Source: a virus
IMG/VR virus record: IMGVR_UViG_3300034108_000811
Coordinates: 5,660 to 69,659 of that record
Strand: one strand, 5' to 3'
Length of the DNA: 64,000 bases
Numbering within the stretch: position 1 is the stretch's first letter; every line of letters starts with the position of its first letter. Both the position numbers and the translations under genes were made by a program. Shown here in pieces: positions 56,627 through 64,000 of the stretch. The notes below the pieces were generated by a model. It was not told the DNA's origin, searched no databases, and saw only the letters and a list, made by a program, of their open reading frames with translations.

Positions 56627-58876
56627 TTATTGATATTTATCTAACCATCCACCCTTGGTTGGTTTGTTATAATTGGTAAAGTTAGTTAATTGGTCCAGCT
56701 TTTCAATAGGCTGAGCATCTAAATTATTTATATTCCCACCAGATTTCATCATAGGATATTCTGTAACAGGCCCTTTGTTGAATTTATAATCTTCTCCAGG
56801 CTGCATCATCATTTGTTCACCATCTGCACCTATTCCTAATACAGGATAGGGTACACCTTGCATTGTTATATTGTTAGAATCTATTTGTGTTATTTCTCCT
56901 GGATGTGCCCATTGTCCTCTGTCATCTTTAATAATGCCACCTTGTTTATATTGCTTTACACCATAATGAGGAAGTATCACTGATTCATTTTTTAAAAAAG
57001 GTCTCTGTATATCTTTTGGTATAATTCCTCTTTTTATTTGTTCATCTATTTCTGAATTAAGGTATTTAGCAATGTCACTTGCTTCATATTCAAAATTAGA
57101 TAAAAACCCCATAGTATTCATTGGTTTATATCCAAGAAATTGAGGATCTCCTTTGTCATATTTAAACACTTGCTTTAATTGTGGAAGATATGAACTGTGT
57201 GATGTGTTTGTACTTCCTGTAAATACATCTCCAGAATTCATTCCTTGTGGAGCAGAACTAACTTTTTTGGAAACATTCTTTAAATTTCCTGAATTTGCTA
57301 GAGTAAGCAATGAAACGTTCTCATTCACTGTTCCAGAGTGATAAGGATAGTTTTGAGAATTTATCATAAATAAATTCTCAAGTTTATTATCAATGTTTCT
57401 CATACCTGTATTCAGTCTCTCTAATATTACAGGCATCGGATTTTTAGTACGAGATGCAATATTACCAGATGCAGAATAAGGTACATCTAAATTTAAGTTA
57501 AGATATTCAGGAGGAGCTGCAAGTTGATTATTTTCAGCAAGTGATTCTATAAAACTTCTAACTTGTGTAGACCTGTCTATATTAGCAGATGATCTTTCTA
57601 CATTGTTAATTGCTGAAGATATGTCTGTCATATCCCAATCAAGTGATTCAGATAAACTTGGATCCATTTGTCTAAGAAGAGCATTTTGTTCCGTTGCAAA
57701 AGTTCTCAAACTACTAAGCTGTTCATCTGAAAGAGCTCTAAAATTAATTGCTCCACCAAGATCATCAGCTCCTTCCCCAATTATATTTGCTACACGCTCT
57801 TCTCCGTAGTGTATTGAGGGCTGGTCTTCAAGATACCTAATTAACACATCTCTATGTCTATAATACCTATCAGCTTCGGCCCTTCTGGAAGGCCTTGTTA
57901 AATCTATAGAAGAAGATCTACCAACAGATTGTTCACCAGCTTCAGAATTTAAAAATAATTGTGCTTCTTCTTTAGATCTGCCAAATACTTTTTGAAAATG
58001 TTCTTCAGGAAGCTTATTTTCTAATGCATATTTCATTTGTCCAGTGTATGGAACATTTGTTGCTCTAAGTCTTCCTATTTCCTGAACTTGTCTAAGAGCT
58101 TTTACATCGTCAATTCCCATTCTTGGTATGTCTGCATTTAAGGGAATTCCTCCTATTCTACCTATTGCTTCTTTTATATTTTTAGCTCTTGGTAAATCAA
58201 CTACAGTTTTTGCTGCATTTTTTAAAGCTGGAGATTTCAATGCACTACCTAATGGGTCAAATCCTATAGCACCAAGTCCTGCTGTCATTGCTACATTTAG
58301 AGCTGCTTCTTGGGGTGTTCTAGAATTACCTAGATTTGAAGCCATGTCTCCAACAAACTTTAAAGGATTGATATAGTCATCAAAGAGTTCTCCTGCTCCA
58401 CCCACACTACCAGGAAACATTCTAAACTTCTCACCTATGTTAAAGTTCTTTTCCTTAAATGTGCCTTTTGTATTTCTTGCTTTTTGTCTTTCTTCTAAAA
58501 TTTGCTTATTATGTTTTTCAGTTGCTATTTTTTGTGCTTCTGAAATACGTTTGTTTTCTTGCCATTCAGTTTCAGTTAAAGGTCTTGGTCTTGGTGCCAC
58601 TCTAGTTCCATCTTGACTAATTGTCTTAGGCTGGAAGTCTAGTCCTTGTTGATAGAATTGCATCTCTTTACCATTCTGTGCACTGGCTAATGTCTTTTTA
58701 GCATATTTACCATTATCAGGAATGTCTCCTGTACGTGCGTATGTGAATCCTACAGAACCAGGAAGAGAGCCTCCCATATCAAATTGTCCTCCCCATGCAG
58801 GACTATAATCACGTCCTACATTTGTTGTTCCAAGGAAACTGCCTCCATTTTCATATTTGTCTAACCAATTGTTCAT
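56627..58876 (-). CDS. Putative internal cargo protein, 749 aa, with WLDKY at both ends
   Basis: MNNWLDKYE...GGWLDKYQ*; GQWAHPG...ITMQGVPYPVLG...MQPGEDYKF..VTEYP domain. Confidence 0.7.
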   Translation of the reverse strand: MNNWLDKYENGGSFLGTTNVGRDYSPAWGGQFDMGGSLPGSVGFTYARTGDIPDNGKYAKKTLASAQNGKEMQFYQQGLDFQPKTISQDGTRVAPRPRPLTETEWQENKRISEAQKIATEKHNKQILEERQKARNTKGTFKEKNFNIGEKFRMFPGSVGGAGELFDDYINPLKFVGDMASNLGNSRTPQEAALNVAMTAGLGAIGFDPLGSALKSPALKNAAKTVVDLPRAKNIKEAIGRIGGIPLNADIPRMGIDDVKALRQVQEIGRLRATNVPYTGQMKYALENKLPEEHFQKVFGRSKEEAQLFLNSEAGEQSVGRSSSIDLTRPSRRAEADRYYRHRDVLIRYLEDQPSIHYGEERVANIIGEGADDLGGAINFRALSDEQLSSLRTFATEQNALLRQMDPSLSESLDWDMTDISSAINNVERSSANIDRSTQVRSFIESLAENNQLAAPPEYLNLNLDVPYSASGNIASRTKNPMPVILERLNTGMRNIDNKLENLFMINSQNYPYHSGTVNENVSLLTLANSGNLKNVSKKVSSAPQGMNSGDVFTGSTNTSHSSYLPQLKQVFKYDKGDPQFLGYKPMNTMGFLSNFEYEASDIAKYLNSEIDEQIKRGIIPKDIQRPFLKNESVILPHYGVKQYKQGGIIKDDRGQWAHPGEITQIDSNNITMQGVPYPVLGIGADGEQMMMQPGEDYKFNKGPVTEYPMMKSGGNINNLDAQPIEKLDQLTNFTNYNKPTKGGWLDKYQ

Positions 58877-59742
58877 TATTTAAACGAAATTTGACTTGAA
58901 CTAATAATAAACTGACTAACAATGTGTATATCACTTCTATCATCAAGAATGTGTCTCACCCTCAACTCTTTGGCTCTAAGGGGTTCTTTCTTAAATGAAC
59001 GCTTAGAATAGTCCATGTTTGTTTGATTTACCTCTTTATCTAGAGATAGGGAAACACATGTACTTGTGAACAGAGCAAGAGATTTGTCTTTTACTAATGA
59101 CCAGAAGGTGTTGTATTGGTAGAAGTTGTCACTCTTTGTATACGTAATTGTCTTACTATCAACGTTATACATTGGATATTTCATATATTCCTTTAGGTTG
59201 TTGATTGGCTTTGGAACCAATGTAAGCACTCCTGAGGATTGTTGTCCATTGTATAGAACAGCTTTGTTAAACCATGCTCCATCTATTTCTATCTTACGAG
59301 CATCATCTGATACACCATCTAAATTAGGAAGGTATTTGTACACCTTTGAATAGTCTTGAACAGATTGTAATATCTGGTCTTGGTATTGATAGGCAAATGG
59401 GTATTCTATAATATAAGGCTGTGTATTGCCATAGAAGGTGTTATATATAGTGGGGTTGGTAAGATGTCTCCATAAACAAGCTGTTTTTGTCTGTGTGTAT
59501 GTAGTGGCAGCAATAGCTATGGGATTGGTTGTTCCTATAGAGAAAGTCTTTTTTAGTTTGCAAGTTCCTGTAGATTCAAGAATAATAACGCTTGTAGCAT
59601 CAGCAACACTATAACTAACACCATTAATTAACAATGCCCTAGGTACATCTGTAGCTATAACAACACCATACTCATCACTAATTGTGAATGGTCCAGCTGT
59701 TGGAGAGCTGCTCTTTAACTTTATGACAATTGTTTTTGACAT
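58876..59742 (-). CDS. Structural protein resembling the C-terminal part of a crAss-type tail stabilisation protein; start revised to MSKTIV
   Basis: LWRH...YNTFYG..PYIIE, FNKAVLYNGQQSSGVL. Confidence 0.65.
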   Translation of the reverse strand: MSKTIVIKLKSSSPTAGPFTISDEYGVVIATDVPRALLINGVSYSVADATSVIILESTGTCKLKKTFSIGTTNPIAIAATTYTQTKTACLWRHLTNPTIYNTFYGNTQPYIIEYPFAYQYQDQILQSVQDYSKVYKYLPNLDGVSDDARKIEIDGAWFNKAVLYNGQQSSGVLTLVPKPINNLKEYMKYPMYNVDSKTITYTKSDNFYQYNTFWSLVKDKSLALFTSTCVSLSLDKEVNQTNMDYSKRSFKKEPLRAKELRVRHILDDRSDIHIVSQFIISSSQISFK

Positions 59743-59753
59743 ATTTTTAATTA

Positions 59754-62700
59754 TTATGAACCACAAGAAACACAAGAACCTGTTGCTGTCATAGAGGAAC
59801 CTGGTCCAAAAGGTTTTTGGAATTGTCTCACATTTATACCGTCAGATATGTAATAAGTTCCATCAACTAAACCATTAATGTTTGCACCACTTATTGATGT
59901 ACATCCACATAAAGTTTGTGTACCAGTGTAAACATATGTTGGTAGAGATGTTCCTCCTGTACTAGTACATGAATTTCCACTTGTTGACGCTATATAGAGA
60001 GATGGTGTAACTGTTGTGGTTGTAGTGGTGGTTGGTGGTACAGTGGTGGTAGATGTTGTTGTTGCAGGAAGTGCACAAGGTCCCAATGGTTCTAAATCTC
60101 CATATACAGAAAGTGTTTCAGGAGGGTTGGCTGTTCTCATACAAACTTGAGCTCCTTCGCCAATTGTACCACCAGGTTGATAGGTGCCATTACACATCGT
60201 ATAATTACCCATCCACTCAAATCCTGTATTATTTATCCATTCTGTGCAATAACTTGTAGTGGTTGTGGTGGTGGTGGAAGATGTGGATGTTGTAGTTGAC
60301 GTAGAACTGCTAGTGGTAGTGGTTGTTACATTACAAGAATTAATTGAAATTATAACACCATTTAACACTCTGAACACTGTATTTGCTGCTTGACTTTCTC
60401 CTGTGAAATACCAGCCATCAGGAGCAGGGGTACAATCTGTTCTTAAACTAGAAGCATATACATAAGACCCAATGAACACTCCTTGATAATACACAATATT
60501 GTATGTAGGAATTACATTTGTGTAAGGAAGTGGTAGAGAGTTTAAATAGCTTACAGCACTACATGCAGCAGAAGAGCTTCCTGTAGATACCACTGTTGAT
60601 GCTGGAGAGAGAATGTCATATCCTGTAAAGAATGCTTCAGGAACTAGTCCTCCAGCTTTAGGACATAGAGTTGTTGTTGTAGTGGTTGTACTAGAGGTGG
60701 AGGTGGAAGTGGTTGATGTGGTGCTAGTGGACGTACTGGTTGTTGTAGAAGTGGACGTACTAGTGGTGCTAGTGGAAGATGTACTTGATGTAGTTGTGGT
60801 GGTAGGAATAGGTCCAAGAACACCAACCAAAGCATCAAATTCATCACAACACCCATTAACTCCTGAATAGAAGAAATTGTTCTCTCCTATATACCAATTA
60901 GGCAGATAGCTGTGAAAACTAACCCAGCTCTTTGTGTTAAAATTGAAAGACAATGTCCAGCCCTTATTACAGAAATATTGTTCATCTGTTAAATAGACAA
61001 CTTGACGTTGTGTAACAGGGAACATTGTAGTGGTGGATGTTGTAGATGTGTTAGATGTAGTTGTAGATGTGGTGGTTAATGGAATTGAAGTGGTGGTGGA
61101 TGTGGTTGTTGTAGGTCTAGGTTGTTGATTTACAATGGTTTCTATGTAAAACTCATTCTTTTTAGCATCGTATTTAATTCCCTTGTTTAATGGAACATAA
61201 TCAAGCTTTGTTATTAATATTCTATCATACCTACTATCATAAACACCATGTAAGCCAATTCCATTGAAATGGTTATCAACAGGAACATCTGGAAAATAAC
61301 GTAGGATTTCAAAGGCTAAATGGTCTGTAAAAAACCTATTAAGTCCTGAACCAAAAGCTGAAAGGTCTGTAGCTTGTGTACCACTAATTAGAAACACTTG
61401 TCCTCTTTTAGCATCTATTGTCACCTGTCCCTGAGGAATCTTTAATAACATCTTATTTTGAGTTCCTACATATCCAAGATCTGTTTCAGCAAAATCTATA
61501 GGAGGAGCTCCTCTAAACATCATAGGGTTTCCTATATAAGCAGCTTGAGGATTACTTGTGTCAATTGTTAACAAGTTGTTGTACATCAACGTCTTATTCT
61601 CAAAACGAGCAAGAACAGCCCTATTCTGTATACCATCTAAAGATGTAAGATTTCCATAATTCTGAGGGAAGTCATAATAAGAAATAGCTCTATATATCAG
61701 CCAACTGTTCACTCTGTTATCAGAATCTATATTCTGTGCATCAGAATAAATAGCTCTGAAGGGATAATAAGTGTAACAAGGTTTATCCCAATCTATGGGT
61801 AGGTTGGTGAATGTGTTCTCTTTGTTTTGCTTAGAGAACGTTACATTGTAATAATAACTGTTGTCCTGAGCAATGGGAACAAATGTTTGTTGCACCCAAT
61901 CATCAGGAATACTTGTACTTACGTGAGGCCAAAAGTCTCCTTCTCTATTATTAAACGCCTGACGAAGATTTACATTATAAGAGCTCTCACAATAGAAGTT
62001 AGGTATTCCATAGGCAAACATATAGAAATACCCATCATAGAATGTTCTATTGGGATTGGAGCTAGCAGGTTGTCCTGGTGTTAATGTTTGACTATTAGGA
62101 CAATCAAAATTGTGAGCTTTGTATGAAATAACGTTAGAAAGAATAGGGGTGATACCACTTACAGAGTTTGTATTAAGCACTGTATAATCCTTCAGAATAG
62201 AACGTGCTGAGTGCCAGTATTTTGGATAGGCTATATTACCAATTTCATCATAGAATATGTCACTATCATCAGGAGCATCCACTCTGTTATCAATAAATAG
62301 AGGAAGCTTGGTTTTATAGGCAAATCTGCTTATAAATGTATCTCCTCCAAACACTGTAGCTGTAGAGGAATTTTCATTGAACAAATGCTGAAACCCTGTG
62401 TCCACTGTTTCATAAGAATAGATTTGTCCATATTGATTAATAAACACATTTTTTATAGAAGCGTAATAAGACACTACAGAAATATCTTTCTCTTTAGCTG
62501 GAGCTCCACAAAGACCTGCTTCTGATATAGTGAATCTTGATTTATCTGTTACAATAGGAATTGTTCCAGACAACATGTTAGGACTATTGTCTGCAAAAGG
62601 AAGGGTGGGTTTATCTAAATCTGTTCTTAGGAAGACAGAAGTTTCTCTTTGGTAGTTGTTGATATTATATGTATCTCCTACGTTTAATACACTTGGAATC

Positions 62701-64000
62701 AAATATCTAGCTATGTCAAGAGGTCTTTGTTTAACTCCTTGATTATCAGGCACTCCTACACCATAATTGTAATCAGCTATAGAGTTGAATGAATAAGCAT
62801 AGTTTTTTCTAGTGATGCCATTGATATAAATAGTTAAATAGGACTGATAGGCTGCAAACATTGCTGCAGCATTAAAGGGGCTAGTTATGCGTCCAATTGC
62901 TGCTGAGCTATCTAATGCATCTCTTTGCGCTTCTTCTGTAAGTAGTTTATATTTGGCGTTATTTCTCACCTCTACAAAGTGAGCACTTCCTTTCCCAAAC
63001 ATTACACTCTCAAGCTTAAGTACGTTCCCTAAGAATGGTTGTCCAAAGGATGTTTCTGGAGAGTTGAATATTTGTCTGTATTTGTCTGTAAATGCAGGCT
63101 GTGGAGTTTCTCCTTTACAGTTAGCACCAGTGACAGAAGGTTCTTTTGTAAAGTTCAAACATCCACCATCACCTTTTGTAGGAGAACTTCCTGGAACCAC
63201 CTTCACTGTTAGTATTGGACAGAGAGGCCATCCATCTATCCATACATTTGTTTTTATTCCTTCATATATATCATTATATGTAACATACGATCCAGCTGCA
63301 AAAGCAAAGAATCCTGGGTTACACACCTGAATTGAATATACATCATATGTAGAAAGTCCCACAAGTCCTGTAGCAGGACCAACAATAACAGGTTTTCCTA
63401 TAGCACATAGTTGATGGTCACCAAGAGTTGTATATCTGATGGTGCTTTGTTTGTTGGTGTTACAATCTGTATATTGTACATCTGCATATGTACCACCTGT
63501 TCCAAATGAGTTAATTGTTATTGTATATCCATCACAAAGCTGTGCAAAAGCATTGTTTCTTAAATTAAGGAATGGGTCTACACGAAGGTCATTATATGGA
63601 TAGTTAGGATAGTAGTAGGTTTGTAAATCTCTTTCGTAGGTGTTAACGTTTCTTAACATTCCTTTGGCAACAATAGACTTGTTTGTTCCTCTGTCTGCTC
63701 TTATTATTTTAAAGCCTACAATCTCATCTTTTTGTTCTTGTGTAAGACTAGAAGAGCCAATAATAGAAATAATTTGCTGTGTGTCCAATTGTACACCAAT
63801 AGGGAATACAGCATCATTTCCCATCACCATTCCTGTAGAGCTTGTAAATATCTTTGATTCGTATGCAGCACTAATGTTAATATCAGGAAACTTATGATGT
63901 CTTATTGGTTGACCAGATAGTTCACCCCATACATCAGTGTTACAAGGATAGGTTTCTGTTGATTCCCAATAAGCAAACTCACCATATTGATAAGGTCCTT
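59754..64000 (-). CDS. Tail stabilisation protein (crAss-type, P22 gp10-like), 5' end outside window, with Thr-rich tracts
   Basis: Frame is open to the window edge (YWESTETYP...PIRHHKFPD); FGGDTFISRF, GVYDSRYDRILITK, WTLSF..WVSFHSYLP. Confidence 0.8.
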   Translation of the reverse strand, partial: GPYQYGEFAYWESTETYPCNTDVWGELSGQPIRHHKFPDINISAAYESKIFTSSTGMVMGNDAVFPIGVQLDTQQIISIIGSSSLTQEQKDEIVGFKIIRADRGTNKSIVAKGMLRNVNTYERDLQTYYYPNYPYNDLRVDPFLNLRNNAFAQLCDGYTITINSFGTGGTYADVQYTDCNTNKQSTIRYTTLGDHQLCAIGKPVIVGPATGLVGLSTYDVYSIQVCNPGFFAFAAGSYVTYNDIYEGIKTNVWIDGWPLCPILTVKVVPGSSPTKGDGGCLNFTKEPSVTGANCKGETPQPAFTDKYRQIFNSPETSFGQPFLGNVLKLESVMFGKGSAHFVEVRNNAKYKLLTEEAQRDALDSSAAIGRITSPFNAAAMFAAYQSYLTIYINGITRKNYAYSFNSIADYNYGVGVPDNQGVKQRPLDIARYLIPSVLNVGDTYNINNYQRETSVFLRTDLDKPTLPFADNSPNMLSGTIPIVTDKSRFTISEAGLCGAPAKEKDISVVSYYASIKNVFINQYGQIYSYETVDTGFQHLFNENSSTATVFGGDTFISRFAYKTKLPLFIDNRVDAPDDSDIFYDEIGNIAYPKYWHSARSILKDYTVLNTNSVSGITPILSNVISYKAHNFDCPNSQTLTPGQPASSNPNRTFYDGYFYMFAYGIPNFYCESSYNVNLRQAFNNREGDFWPHVSTSIPDDWVQQTFVPIAQDNSYYYNVTFSKQNKENTFTNLPIDWDKPCYTYYPFRAIYSDAQNIDSDNRVNSWLIYRAISYYDFPQNYGNLTSLDGIQNRAVLARFENKTLMYNNLLTIDTSNPQAAYIGNPMMFRGAPPIDFAETDLGYVGTQNKMLLKIPQGQVTIDAKRGQVFLISGTQATDLSAFGSGLNRFFTDHLAFEILRYFPDVPVDNHFNGIGLHGVYDSRYDRILITKLDYVPLNKGIKYDAKKNEFYIETIVNQQPRPTTTTSTTTSIPLTTTSTTTSNTSTTSTTTMFPVTQRQVVYLTDEQYFCNKGWTLSFNFNTKSWVSFHSYLPNWYIGENNFFYSGVNGCCDEFDALVGVLGPIPTTTTTSSTSSTSTTSTSTSTTTSTSTSTTSTTSTSTSSTTTTTTTLCPKAGGLVPEAFFTGYDILSPASTVVSTGSSSAACSAVSYLNSLPLPYTNVIPTYNIVYYQGVFIGSYVYASSLRTDCTPAPDGWYFTGESQAANTVFRVLNGVIISINSCNVTTTTTSSSTSTTTSTSSTTTTTTTSYCTEWINNTGFEWMGNYTMCNGTYQPGGTIGEGAQVCMRTANPPETLSVYGDLEPLGPCALPATTTSTTTVPPTTTTTTTVTPSLYIASTSGNSCTSTGGTSLPTYVYTGTQTLCGCTSISGANINGLVDGTYYISDGINVRQFQKPFGPGSSMTATGSCVSCGS

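Noticed and set aside
30308-63897. Many short + strand ORFs inside the large - strand genes
   Set aside because: Antisense shadows rich in Ser/Leu/Phe/Ile with no motifs.
1-64000. Stop-codon reassignment as in some crAss-like phages
   Set aside because: Very long ORFs and dense gene packing are obtained with the standard code, and no suppressor tRNA was seen.

Overview
AT-rich 64-kb segment of a large dsDNA phage, most consistent with a crAss-like phage (Crassvirales-type) infecting Bacteroidota. Support: a giant 5027-aa virion RNA polymerase with the DFDIDK catalytic motif, a crAss-type tail stabilisation protein, TAnnTTTG promoters and AT-rich starts without Shine-Dalgarno sites. The + strand arm (1-15393) carries DNA metabolism genes (uracil-DNA glycosylase end, rIIA/rIIB, HNH and PD-(D/E)XK nucleases, class II ribonucleotide reductase split by a group I intron with a homing endonuclease, RecA, GroES) and a glycosyltransferase/methyltransferase cluster. 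It meets the - strand late arm at a bidirectional terminator near 15.4 kb. The late arm holds many tiny Lys-rich proteins, a GIY-YIG endonuclease, a ferritin-like protein, the lysis cassette, tail/fibre genes, three large ejected proteins including the vRNAP, and two cargo-like proteins. The strongest candidate new system is phage-encoded protein O-glycosylation: a TibC/AAH-like heptosyltransferase and a plant HPAT/SERGT-like enzyme plus GT2/GT4 enzymes and sugar methyltransferases, encoded alongside Ser/Thr-rich virion proteins. A second is a recurring hydrophobic-x-x-G(G) motif shared by cargo and small basic proteins, a possible protease or packaging signal. All family calls are by visual motif recognition; no database searches were run.
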